Assembly: GCA_964610465.1 (NCBI GenBank)
Contig: CAZSWA010000007.1
Span: 4,062-68,061, forward strand
DNA: 64,000 nt
DNA from: an uncultured Gammaproteobacteria bacterium
GTDB lineage: Bacteria > Patescibacteriota > Microgenomatia > Levybacterales > UBA12049
Direction: 5' to 3'
A program made the position numbers and the translations under genes. The notes below the pieces were generated by a model. That model was not told where the DNA came from. It saw only the letters and a list, made by a program, of their open reading frames with translations, and did no database searches. This document shows, piece after piece, positions 36,309 through 45,546 of this stretch; positions within the stretch are counted from its first letter, which is position 1, and every line of letters starts with the position of its first letter.

Positions 36309-38159
36309 TTAGGCTGCTGTTTGAAGATTGCTTATCACATGTATGCCTTTATCATCCAATACATTTTCTACTTCTTCTTTGGTAACTGGACGAGTGACAG
36401 GTTTAGTTGTAACTTTTACTGCAGGATTTTTGTCAATAATTGTATCGGTATTTTTTGCAACCTGGCCAATATCATTTACTTCGCCCATACCTGCTATTGC
36501 TTGCAATACTCTATGGTATGAACCATCTCCCCGGAATAAAGTGAGGTAACGGATTATTTCACTTTTAAAATCTTCTGGTTCCGGCTCTGGAAGCTCACGT
36601 GCAATATCTGCTCCGGTTATTTTTTCTCCTGTTGTTGCCTTTTTTTCAAAAATTGTTTTCGCGACTTCCAATGTGGTATCTCTCCTTTTTTTATCAGTAT
36701 CCACATCCTGAACAAATTGTGGTTCTTCGACTTCTTCATTACCTTCCTTCACTGCTTCTTTCTCTTTTGTTTCTTCTTGTGTTTTCTTTTTAGTTTCTTT
36801 TTCTGTTTTTTCTTCAAGCTGTTCTTTCAACAGAGTTTTTGTCTGAGTTTGTGGTTTTACTTCGGTTTTTACTTGCGTTGCAAGTTGTGGAGAAGTGTGT
36901 GTACTATTCTCGGTAGTAGTTACCGTCTGAGTTTTGGTTGTACGTAAAGGCTCTATCTGTGTTGTTTTAGATGATACCATAGGTATTTCACTCGTTTTCT
37001 TAAATGGGAGAATTTTTGCAGATTGTACTTCAGGTTTGGTAATTTCTTTCACAGTTGCTTTAAGTGAAGCAGCTTTTACAGGTTCTATATGTGTTTGAGT
37101 TAAGCCTGCTTTTTTCTGTTCTCTTGCGATAAGTGCTTTCTGGAAATTTAGTATTTTCTCTGACTTCTGAGATACACGAGGCAATTCTTTTACTTTAGGT
37201 GATGTTACTTCAGCAGGTCTTGGAGTAACAGCGTCTACCACAGGTCTGTCTTTTATGAAAGTATTTGTTTTTGTTTGTTCTTCTCCAATTCTTGCCAGTT
37301 CTGCCCGTACTTCAGCAAGTTTCTGTACTTCTCTTGTATGATGTTCATTTGCAATTCTTAATTCTCTATAATTAATCGCTGGATTGGTAGTAGGTTTTTC
37401 TTGAGAAACTTTTTGTATCTCCTGTGAAATGAGTTTTGTTTGTAAAGGATAAAGGTGTTCGCTAGACGTATGTACTGCAGTATTTTGTTCAGCTGGTGCT
37501 TTTGGTTTTATCACTTGCCAGTCAGGAGAAGTAAAAGCAACTTTTGCAGTCGGAGCTTTTAATTTAGCTGGCTTATTCGCTTTTATATTAATAAATTCAC
37601 TGCCTGCTGGTTCAACATTTGCTGGTAGCTTATCTTTCTGTGAAGCGCGTGGCCGTATTGCTCGCCATTCCGGATTGGAATACATCTGTTTTCTCACAGA
37701 TGCTGCATTGGTTTCAGCTGTATCTTTTGGTAAGACTTCAGGGATACCAAGAGGCTTAAATTGTCTATTAAATTCTTTTTTAGAAAAAGTTCTTGCTCCT
37801 TGGAATTTTTCAACTTCTTGGGTTTTTTGACCAGAGGCAGAAGCAAGTACTTCCCATTTGAGCGGATTGGATGTATCAACACGTTTTGTTGCAGAATTAT
37901 CTGATACACGCGGTTTAATTTCAATCATATTGTCAGTCCTTCCAGCTCGTGTTGGTTGAGGGATATGTCTTCCTCCTTCTATTCCAAATAACTCTGAAGA
38001 TTGAAATCCTTTTTGTACTAAAGGGCGTGTATCACCAATTCCTGGATTGCGAGAAACTCTTTCTGCTACACCGACTCCACCTCTTACTGAAGTTGCGCTT
38101 CCTTTTGAACCTCCTGAGAAACCTCCTCCTGTATTTGAAAATCCACCTTCTTTTCCCAT
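36309..38159 (-). CDS. highly charged, intrinsically disordered K/E/T/P-rich protein
   Basis: 616 aa; Gly-rich N-terminus (GGGFSGGSKGS), KTQT/KE repeats and no TM helix. The opposite-strand ORFs at 36599-36947 are codon-bias artefacts of the low-complexity sequence. Confidence 0.55.
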   Translation of the reverse strand: MGKEGGFSNTGGGFSGGSKGSATSVRGGVGVAERVSRNPGIGDTRPLVQKGFQSSELFGIEGGRHIPQPTRAGRTDNMIEIKPRVSDNSATKRVDTSNPLKWEVLASASGQKTQEVEKFQGARTFSKKEFNRQFKPLGIPEVLPKDTAETNAASVRKQMYSNPEWRAIRPRASQKDKLPANVEPAGSEFINIKANKPAKLKAPTAKVAFTSPDWQVIKPKAPAEQNTAVHTSSEHLYPLQTKLISQEIQKVSQEKPTTNPAINYRELRIANEHHTREVQKLAEVRAELARIGEEQTKTNTFIKDRPVVDAVTPRPAEVTSPKVKELPRVSQKSEKILNFQKALIAREQKKAGLTQTHIEPVKAASLKATVKEITKPEVQSAKILPFKKTSEIPMVSSKTTQIEPLRTTKTQTVTTTENSTHTSPQLATQVKTEVKPQTQTKTLLKEQLEEKTEKETKKKTQEETKEKEAVKEGNEEVEEPQFVQDVDTDKKRRDTTLEVAKTIFEKKATTGEKITGADIARELPEPEPEDFKSEIIRYLTLFRGDGSYHRVLQAIAGMGEVNDIGQVAKNTDTIIDKNPAVKVTTKPVTRPVTKEEVENVLDDKGIHVISNLQTAA

Positions 38160-38257
38160 ATCTATGTTTGCAGTGTATAAAAATTTGAGCCTAAAATCTT
38201 GACATAATCCTTACAGCAAGTTTTTAAGGTAAAGTAAAAAGTTGAAGTATAAATGTA

Positions 38258-39412
38258 TTACTCTACAATTTGGGTTTGCGGAAGTACTTTTTTTAGATTT
38301 GCGATATCACTAGCCGGGATACTATTTCCTTTAAGACAAAGGTACTGTAACTTTTTCAGTTTTTCAATTCCTTCCGGAAGTTTTGTTAGCTTATTATTAC
38401 ATAAGTCAAGTGATACCAATTTTGTAAGTTTAACAATTGCTGGCATAGTTACAATCATATTGTAAGCAAGTTGAAGAGAAGTTAGAGTAGGAAGATTATT
38501 AATTTTGGCAGATATAGTTGAGATATGGTTATTATTGAAGTTGAGAAATGTAAGTTTTTTAAGAGTATAGATTGATGATGGTATTTCATCGAGATTAACT
38601 TCCTGAAGATAAAGAGTATTTATATTGGGGAAATTTTGGAAGTTATCTGGAACATGAATAGAAGGAGATTTTGCTACGGAAAGTGCAGTAAGTGAATTCT
38701 GTTTTTTAACCCCTATTGGGAAATTAGTTAACGAAAGGTTACTTAATAGTATAAATTTAGTAAGATTAGGAAGGTCTCCTATTGTTGAAGGAAGTGTTTT
38801 AATATCAGTACCAGTCATATAGAGAGTTTGTAAGTTTTGTAGTTTACCAATTTCTTTAGGAATAGTAGTATGCATTGTTTCTATAACTGAAAGAGTAGAA
38901 AGCGATGTTAAGTTTCCTATCTCTTGAGGAAGTTGTGTATCATTTGTCTCATGTATATCAAGTGTTTGGATATTGGTAAGTTTTGCACTTATTGAGACCA
39001 GAGATAAAATGGAATCATCAGACTGTAATGTAAGAGTACATACTTTGTTAGGAGTTAGTGTCGCCTGTTTGACAAAATACTGACTCCTGTCATTATTGCA
39101 GAAAGAATTATTTTGTGCCATAAATAAGGTCGGCGTGGCGACACTGTTTACTGCTTTATTAACAGAAGAACTTGTATTTGTGAACTCATAATAAAATGAT
39201 GCAATCATTACAACAAATAGAAAACAAAGAAATACAAAAATTGCTATGAACACAAAACGTGGATTAAGGACAAATGGTGTTTCATGGTTCCTATTTTGTG
39301 TGTTTTCACTCATATAGTAAGTGTTATATATCGGTAGTTTATTGTCAACCCTACTATCGGGAGTAGAATCTTTAGGGAATGCAGTTAAAATCGTCAATAA
39401 GCCAAAGTCCAT
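38258..39412 (-). CDS. leucine-rich-repeat (LRR) surface protein with N-terminal TM anchor
   Basis: Multiple LxxLxxLxLxxNxL repeats (for example LQNLQTLYMTGTDIKTLPSTIGDLPNLTKFIL). Confidence 0.7.
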   Translation of the reverse strand: MDFGLLTILTAFPKDSTPDSRVDNKLPIYNTYYMSENTQNRNHETPFVLNPRFVFIAIFVFLCFLFVVMIASFYYEFTNTSSSVNKAVNSVATPTLFMAQNNSFCNNDRSQYFVKQATLTPNKVCTLTLQSDDSILSLVSISAKLTNIQTLDIHETNDTQLPQEIGNLTSLSTLSVIETMHTTIPKEIGKLQNLQTLYMTGTDIKTLPSTIGDLPNLTKFILLSNLSLTNFPIGVKKQNSLTALSVAKSPSIHVPDNFQNFPNINTLYLQEVNLDEIPSSIYTLKKLTFLNFNNNHISTISAKINNLPTLTSLQLAYNMIVTMPAIVKLTKLVSLDLCNNKLTKLPEGIEKLKKLQYLCLKGNSIPASDIANLKKVLPQTQIVE

Positions 39413-39905
39413 TCTGGTTTACTAAAACAACTCTATGGATTGGTTGTCCACTTAAGGCATTATCACGAATAATAACTTGTGCATGAGTGCCTGTATTAAG
39501 GGTTTCTTCATAAGTAACATCGGTAGCTCTATGTATCTTGCAGATAACTGGATCATTATTAAGCGAAGGATAATACATATTAGTAATATGCTGTTTAAAT
39601 ACATCAGTAAGGTATGGATTTGTTTTATATGCTCCACTTGACAGAGGGTTATTGTTATAAGAAAGATACCACGTATAAAATGTTTGTACTACATTTGCAG
39701 GAGTATTTGGTTTAGTATTGGAAGTATTGTCATTGTATTGATATTGTGGTAAATTTTGCGAAGTTCCTGTAGGATTGGTTCCTGCTATTCCTTGATTATT
39801 TTGTTTAGGATTGTTATGCCCTAGAATAAGTAACAATGCCCCACCTATCAATATGACTCCAGCTATAACTGCCAGAATAAGATATTTATTTTTAGAAAAA
39901 TTCAT
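39372..39905 (-). CDS. secreted/membrane-anchored hypothetical protein (N/Q/T-rich linker)
   Basis: N-terminal TM, a low-complexity linker and a globular C-terminus. Confidence 0.5.
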   Translation of the reverse strand: MNFSKNKYLILAVIAGVILIGGALLLILGHNNPKQNNQGIAGTNPTGTSQNLPQYQYNDNTSNTKPNTPANVVQTFYTWYLSYNNNPLSSGAYKTNPYLTDVFKQHITNMYYPSLNNDPVICKIHRATDVTYEETLNTGTHAQVIIRDNALSGQPIHRVVLVNQNGLWLIDDFNCIP

Positions 39906-39911
39906 AGAAAT

Positions 39912-40742
39912 TTATTGGATTGTAATAGTAGTACATCCAATACCTCTATCTCTATCACCGTCGTGAATAACAAACTCAGCACTATATGTGCCAGGTGCTA
40001 ATTTTAGAGAATTTACATCCCAGATATACTCAGCTGTATTGTCCAGTTTTGGTCCTGGTGCCGGGTCAATAACAGGTCCATTTAGAGGTGCATTGTTACC
40101 GGTATCGCAGAATGATTCACCCAGTGAACCTCCAGTGGATTTAGGACCATTATTATATATTCCTTTAATTTGTGTAGGGAAAAATGGTGTACCGCCATTT
40201 TCTGCAAGATTAGGAGAAATATATAAGGCTGGTTCCCATAAATAACCATCTGAAGACTTTTCTGTGTGGTTGCCACTAGTAGTAATAAAACCGGTAGAAG
40301 GATTTGCAACTTCTCCTGTTCCTACACAAGGTGGATTTTCGTCAGTTACCCATACCTTTACCTGTCCTCCAGCTCCAACCGTTTGACCCTGGGCAGGTGA
40401 ATATCCGACCAGAATTTCAGGTTCAGTATTCACACTTTTATTTTGACAAAGTGCGGGTTGCTGCGTAGGAACAATAGGAGTAGGAGTAACAGTAACTCCT
40501 TTAAATGTATAAAGTTGTAAATCATTTCGTGTTGGAAATGACGAAGGTTTTGTAATAACTACAGGAGTTGCGTTTTGATCAGGTTGACTAGGAAGAATTG
40601 TGCCTCCAGTTAAAAATACTGCAGCGAGAATAAGTATTATAAGAATAAAAGCAATAAATATTGTGCCTGTTGATATTGAACCAATAAGTTTATTTCTTCG
40701 TACAGCTGTTCTTTTGCGGGGATGTACTGTTTTTCTCCTCAT
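39912..40742 (-). CDS. secreted hypothetical protein (basic N-terminus and TM anchor)
   Basis: Start moved to the ATG at 40742 (M44 of the track ORF). The longer version begins at a TTG inside the GC-rich hairpin region. Confidence 0.5.
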   Translation of the reverse strand: MRRKTVHPRKRTAVRRNKLIGSISTGTIFIAFILIILILAAVFLTGGTILPSQPDQNATPVVITKPSSFPTRNDLQLYTFKGVTVTPTPIVPTQQPALCQNKSVNTEPEILVGYSPAQGQTVGAGGQVKVWVTDENPPCVGTGEVANPSTGFITTSGNHTEKSSDGYLWEPALYISPNLAENGGTPFFPTQIKGIYNNGPKSTGGSLGESFCDTGNNAPLNGPVIDPAPGPKLDNTAEYIWDVNSLKLAPGTYSAEFVIHDGDRDRGIGCTTITIQ

Positions 40743-40918
40743 TCGTTTTAGAGTAAAGAATATTTTTTGAAATTGCAAGAGGTGAAAAGAAGAATAACGT
40801 GAATATATGTATTGTGATGGGCTCCCCGCGATCAGGCAGGGAGCCCTTGAAAAAATGTGCCAGCCTGGCAAATTGTTCCCCGCATCTTTAAGGGAATGAT
40901 TTGTCTGGAAGGCGCTCG

Positions 40919-41155
40919 CTATATAGTACCAAGGGGTTGGTCGCCAAATCCGGACACATAGTCCGGCAGGTTAGAATCAAGGAAATCATGCCTGGGAGGC
41001 ATGGGTCGTGCAGACGAAGCTCGTGCATTTGCAACAGCTTCTTCTACTATGGAGTCATGAAGACTCCGTAGCTTCTCTTTCGCTTCCTCAACTGCTCCCG
41101 TTTCGAGCTGACTCAAGATCTCCTTAATCTCTCTCCCGATAGACAACAAACCCAT
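40919..41155 (-). CDS. small helical protein (78 aa) in a GC-rich islet
   Basis: A strong SD (AGGAGG) lies 6 nt upstream of the ATG. Downstream is a hairpin plus T-run (TGCCAGGCTGGCACATTTTTT on the minus strand). GC content is clearly above the local background. Confidence 0.4.
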   Translation of the reverse strand: MGLLSIGREIKEILSQLETGAVEEAKEKLRSLHDSIVEEAVANARASSARPMPPRHDFLDSNLPDYVSGFGDQPLGTI

Positions 41156-41629
41156 GTGTTCCCTCCTAAAGAACTTATATTAGCCCCTGCACGGCGCATT
41201 TGCCATGCTCATGGGATTAACACTTTAGAGATATGATGTGATATCTCCAAAATACTAATTCCATAATTGGAAGGTTTTTCAGTAAAATTTGATATAAATT
41301 TATAAAGAGCGAAATCCTGCTATAGTACCCTTTTAAGCCAAAAGGTAATGTAGCACTGGAATATTTAAATGTCAAGTTTTCTTAACAAACATAATAAGTG
41401 ATAGTTTAGCTCCGTAATAAGTTCAGGTAAAATGCTATAGACTTAATTCTTTTTAATGGTTCTTTAATCTAAAAATTGTTTTGCTTCCGCTTTACATTCA
41501 GGCAAACGCCAAAGGCAGCTTATAATAATATATTCACCCGATACACTATAACAGGGCACAAAAAATTCGGAAATAAACGACCTTTTTATAGTAAGCCGTA
41601 TTTCCGAATTAATTTGTTTCTGTCTTCGC

Positions 41630-42070
41630 TTATTTGCCACCCATTCTATCTTTTACAGATTGAGCAGTATGTGCAATTCTTCCGGCTGATTCAGCTGTAG
41701 TTTTACGCATATCTCCTGCCTTTTCATTAAGTTTCTGGAAATTATCTGATGCTGAACGTGCGAATTCTGAAACTTTTTCTCCAACAGTTTTACGAGTATC
41801 CTCATTGGCAAGCGCAGCTCCGGCAATTCCACCAATAGTTGCACCAATAATTGCACCAGCAGTTCCTCCTACCAATGTACTGGCACCGCCTTTGCTTCCT
41901 TTTTTCATGACACTTTTATGATTTTTTTGCTTCATGGCTTTTGCTGCTGTCTTACCACCTTTTGCACCTTTCTTTTTATAAGACTTTTTTGCCTGATATT
42001 CTTTATGCTCTTTTGCTTTTTTAGGCATTTTTTTCACCTTCCTTTCTTTTAGATTTGTTTTACCCTGCAT
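41630..42070 (-). CDS. Lys-rich basic N-terminus + glycine-zipper TM + YtxH-like (DUF948) helical domain protein
   Basis: K-rich histone-like segment (KKSYKKKGAKGGKTAAKAMKQK), GxxxG zipper (GGTAGAIIGATIGGIAGAA) and a C-terminal charged helix. Confidence 0.5.
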   Translation of the reverse strand: MQGKTNLKERKVKKMPKKAKEHKEYQAKKSYKKKGAKGGKTAAKAMKQKNHKSVMKKGSKGGASTLVGGTAGAIIGATIGGIAGAALANEDTRKTVGEKVSEFARSASDNFQKLNEKAGDMRKTTAESAGRIAHTAQSVKDRMGGK

Positions 42071-42140
42071 TAAGACTAGTGTGAAAATGTTATGTTATTT
42101 TGTGAATATTGTTAAAGTTGCGTATGAAAGAGACGGGTAT

Positions 42141-42752
42141 TTAGATAAATTTTGTGAGATTAAATGAAGTTCTATGAATTTCTGATAAGCCGTATTTTTT
42201 AATTGCTGCCTGATGGTCTTTTGTTCCATATCCTTTATTTTTTACAAAACTATATTCAGGATATCTTTTATGGAGTAATTCCATACGCTCGTCACGATAT
42301 ACTTTTGCAATGATAGATGCTGCAGCAATGGTAATACTTTTTCGATCACCTTTGATAATTGGTTTTTGATATTTACGAGTCAGATGTTCTACATAAAATG
42401 CATCTATCAAAACAAAATCGGGTCGCAAAGTCAGAATACTGAGTGCTTTTCGGAACGCCATTTGAGTTGCTTTCCCTATTCCTTTTTTGTTGATTTCTCT
42501 GACTGAAATTTCTGCAATACCAAAACTTACTGCATGTTTTCTAATGATTACTGAAAGTTCTTCTCTTTTTTTAGGAGAAAGAAGTTTGGAATCATTTATT
42601 TCATCTGTTGCATTGAAATCAGGAGACAATATTACTGCTGCTGCAACCACAGGGCCAGCGAAACATCCGCGTCCGACTTCGTCAATGCCTGCAATATATT
42701 TAAATCCCTTTTGCCAAAGAATTTTTTCTTCATCAAAAGTAGGCTTGATCAT
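42141..42752 (-). CDS. rnhB: ribonuclease HII
   Basis: IAGIDEVGRGCFAGPVVAAAVIL active-site motif; 203 aa. Confidence 0.85.
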   Translation of the reverse strand: MIKPTFDEEKILWQKGFKYIAGIDEVGRGCFAGPVVAAAVILSPDFNATDEINDSKLLSPKKREELSVIIRKHAVSFGIAEISVREINKKGIGKATQMAFRKALSILTLRPDFVLIDAFYVEHLTRKYQKPIIKGDRKSITIAAASIIAKVYRDERMELLHKRYPEYSFVKNKGYGTKDHQAAIKKYGLSEIHRTSFNLTKFI

Positions 42753-43124
42753 AATTTAGTTATTTAAAATTGTGTGCTGTAAGTATTCATCTACACTTAT
42801 CTATTTATTCTCATCATTATTCTTTGTAAATAGTTTCTTTCCAGCTTTTCTATTGCATCCGGGTTATGAGGATAGTTTTCTCCTCATATTTCTGCAAACT
42901 TTAAAACATCTTCCTGCGAAACCTCCTGTTTCTTTTAAAACATTACTTATTGCATCAAGTGCCATAATTCGTTCAGAGACTTGTTCACTTACAGTATCCA
43001 TTGGCAAGAGGATATTTTGTTCAGACAAAGTCCTGTCAATTTGTTTTTCTGTTTGGTTTTAGATGTTCACTCATACCGGCAGTATATCACTTTTATCTAA
43101 TACAGGAGCAGCATTATTAGAAAA

Positions 43125-44288
43125 TTACTCTTCCAGTAAATTTTTTTGTGTTGCGGGTTCAAGGAGCATTCCTGAATCAAGAGTTTGAATAGAAGGCAAT
43201 GCCGAACCTAAGATTCCTTGCAGTTCTCCATACATAGTTGCGGTACTATTCATAAGACGCTTAATCTGCATTTCACGTTTTTTCCAGATTCTGATAGTTG
43301 CTCTTTGCTCTGCATCAAGATCATTGCGAAGTTCTATAATACTTTCCACTTGCGCTTCAAATCTGTTGCGAAATGTATCTTTGGTAAGATAAGAGAAAAG
43401 CGCTTCAAGACGCTGATCTTTATTTGCAGTTGTTGATTTGGCAATCGCGAGTTCAAAAAGACTCATTCGCAAAACACTTGCAAGTGAAAATGCATAGCGG
43501 TAACTTGCAACCCAAATATTTTCGTAATATCCAAACGTTTCTATTCCTTCAGGCAGCATATCACTTATCAAAATTGCAATACTTGCATCAGCTCGTCTTT
43601 TATCTTCACGGAGTTTGGAAGACCACTGACTATTCCATACTTTTGTCCGTTTGGTTTCCCAAATAATAATTCCTGCTAGCTGTCCAAGTTTGTTTTTGAC
43701 TTTTTGCAAAATATCTGCGCCTTCTATTCCCTTTGGTACAGGTACTATGTCATCAGTTGGAAAAGATTCTCTAAGCTTTGCTTCAAATTCGAGTTCCAAC
43801 ACTTCTCCTTGCAACTGTTGTGATTTTTGTGTGGCTTTTCGTTGAGCATCCTCCAACGCTTTTTGAGTATCTTCAAGTTTTTTTTGCAGCTCTGCTTTTT
43901 CGAGATTAGCTTTTTCTCGTTCTCTCTTAGATGTCTCTTCTTGAATCTTTTCACTTATTTGAATAAGTTCTTTTTGTTTTTGCAGTTCTGTTTCTTGTTG
44001 CAGTTGTTTTGATGCTCGTAGCTCTTTTGTTAATTCTGTAATTTGTTCAATTAATTCTTTTATGCGCTTATCTTTTTCTTCATTTTCTTCTTTGGTTTGT
44101 TTTATTTGCAGCTCAAATGCGTCTCGTATTTTTTTCTCTGATTTGTCTGATGCGAGTTTTTCAATTTCTTCTATTTCTTTTTTGTGTTTTGCTTCTATTT
44201 CAGCAAGATGCTGTTTTTCAAATTGATGTTTAAGCGCCTGGCTTATTTCCACTGTTTTGCCACAGTGCGGACAAATGACTGTATTCAT
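43125..44288 (-). CDS. DUF2130-like protein: N-terminal zinc ribbon (CPHCGK), long coiled coil and a conserved C-terminal domain
   Basis: MNTVICPHCGKTVEI start, about 150 aa of E/K/Q heptads and a C-terminal globular domain. Confidence 0.5.
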   Translation of the reverse strand: MNTVICPHCGKTVEISQALKHQFEKQHLAEIEAKHKKEIEEIEKLASDKSEKKIRDAFELQIKQTKEENEEKDKRIKELIEQITELTKELRASKQLQQETELQKQKELIQISEKIQEETSKREREKANLEKAELQKKLEDTQKALEDAQRKATQKSQQLQGEVLELEFEAKLRESFPTDDIVPVPKGIEGADILQKVKNKLGQLAGIIIWETKRTKVWNSQWSSKLREDKRRADASIAILISDMLPEGIETFGYYENIWVASYRYAFSLASVLRMSLFELAIAKSTTANKDQRLEALFSYLTKDTFRNRFEAQVESIIELRNDLDAEQRATIRIWKKREMQIKRLMNSTATMYGELQGILGSALPSIQTLDSGMLLEPATQKNLLEE

Positions 44289-44417
44289 AGCAGGATAGGA
44301 ATTAGGTAGATACCATAATACTCCCTAAATGCTTATAGCGCAAGTCTTTTCAAAACATTTTCTAAAGTTTGATAAAGAGATTGACAAAGTAAAAGCAAAT
44401 ATATATAAATAACTATT

Positions 44418-45059
44418 ATGTTTGCTGAAAGAATAACGCCTGAATATTTTTCAGGAAGAATGAATCAGATAGAACAACCTACACCTCCAAAAACGGTGAT
44501 AACTCATACTGCTTCTCTTATTGTGGGATATTTTAATGGATTAAGTACTTCTCCAGATGAGATATCTGGTTACCTATATAACAACACAACTCACTACTTA
44601 CAAAATGTAATGGGTGGTTTGAAAATAATAGATATGCTAGCGAGTAAAACAGCCAGGAGATATATCGAGCCGGTTGTTAATGAACTTACAAACTGTTTAT
44701 TCGGAGAAGATGAAAAAAAAATTCGTCAGCAATTAGAAGCATTCAATACTGCTCGTGTTATTTACTCTCATCTTCCAGATAGATATGACTCTATTTATTT
44801 TCCTGCTGGTTTCTCACGGCGTGGTATTCTTGAGGCACCAAAAACAGTAAAGTCATTTCGTACCCGTACAACTGAACTTTATTTAACGCTTGAGGATATT
44901 CGTCATGGAATAATTAATAAAAATATGAATGTAGACGTAAGAACGAGACTTATGCGAACATATGCATTTTTCAAAGTAGGAGCAGAGCTTCCGTTTCATG
45001 AAGGATTAACAAAAAAAGATATACAAGAGATGATGGAAGAGTCTTCACATAATCAATAA
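44418..45059 (+). CDS. hypothetical protein
   Basis: ATG ORF, 213 aa, no motif recognised; transcribed divergently from the DUF2130 gene. Confidence 0.5.
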   Translation: MFAERITPEYFSGRMNQIEQPTPPKTVITHTASLIVGYFNGLSTSPDEISGYLYNNTTHYLQNVMGGLKIIDMLASKTARRYIEPVVNELTNCLFGEDEKKIRQQLEAFNTARVIYSHLPDRYDSIYFPAGFSRRGILEAPKTVKSFRTRTTELYLTLEDIRHGIINKNMNVDVRTRLMRTYAFFKVGAELPFHEGLTKKDIQEMMEESSHNQ

Positions 45060-45144
45060 TTATTCTTCAGATTTGTCTAATTGAGCCTAAAAAGGTATAA
45101 TACTAATAGCCAAATAGATTCCCGTCGGGTTTAAACATTATACT

Positions 45145-45546
45145 ATGAAATGGATACTTCGCAATATCAGTATTTATACTTTTTCCTTGTATTTGCTCCC
45201 TAAACTTGTACAAGGAGTGCAGATTGAAAACGGACTTTTAACGCTTTTTGTCGGCGGTATTGTCCTAACATTAATTCTTTTTATCCTAAAACCTGTATTT
45301 AGCCTCATCAGTTTTCCACTTAATCTTTTGACACTTGGACTTTTTTCTACTTTTACCAATATCTTAGTATTGTATTTACTTACGGTTTTTGTAAAAGATA
45401 TTACTATCAGCTCATTTACCTTTAAAGGTCTTAATCTTGCCGGATTTATCATACCCAAAGTTACCTTCAGTTTGTTTTTTGCTTATGTGATTTCTGCCTT
45501 TGTTCTCTCACTTATAAGCTCTTTTATCACATGGTTAATGGAATGA
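45145..45546 (+). CDS. DUF360 / phage-holin-family-4-like 4-TM membrane protein (YvlD-like)
   Basis: 133 aa with four TM helices and an LTLGLFS motif characteristic of Phage_holin_4_2/DUF360; overlaps the YvcK-family gene by 16 nt. Confidence 0.45.
   Translation: MKWILRNISIYTFSLYLLPKLVQGVQIENGLLTLFVGGIVLTLILFILKPVFSLISFPLNLLTLGLFSTFTNILVLYLLTVFVKDITISSFTFKGLNLAGFIIPKVTFSLFFAYVISAFVLSLISSFITWLME

Noticed and set aside
36599-36947. Plus-strand ORFs of 64 and 76 aa full of F/L/C residues
   Set aside because: They lie antisense to the K/E-rich low-complexity coding region of the 616-aa minus-strand gene. Purine-rich codons on one strand create stop-free pyrimidine-rich frames on the other.
39912-40871. 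Longer 319-aa version of the secreted protein gene
   Set aside because: The extended N-terminus starts at a TTG and runs through the GC-rich hairpin cluster with no protein-like features. The internal ATG at 40742 gives a normal basic N-terminus plus TM anchor.
40790-41250. RNase P RNA / SRP RNA / tmRNA hypothesis for the GC-rich hairpin-rich block
   Set aside because: No P4-type GGAAAGTCCGG, no SRP domain-IV GGAAGCAGCCA and no tRNA-like 3' end were found. A 78-aa ORF with a perfect AGGAGG SD and a terminator-like hairpin plus T-run is the more parsimonious reading, although a structured RNA is not fully excluded.
41156-41629. Chromosomal origin (oriC) in the largest non-coding stretch
   Set aside because: No TTATCCACA-type DnaA boxes or box clusters were visible, and neither dnaA nor dnaN is adjacent.
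41476-41700. 74-aa plus-strand ORF in the AT-rich intergenic region
   Set aside because: It is AT-rich with F/Y/K-rich low complexity, has no SD, overlaps the 3' end of the 41630-42070 gene and is typical of random ORFs in AT-rich spacers.
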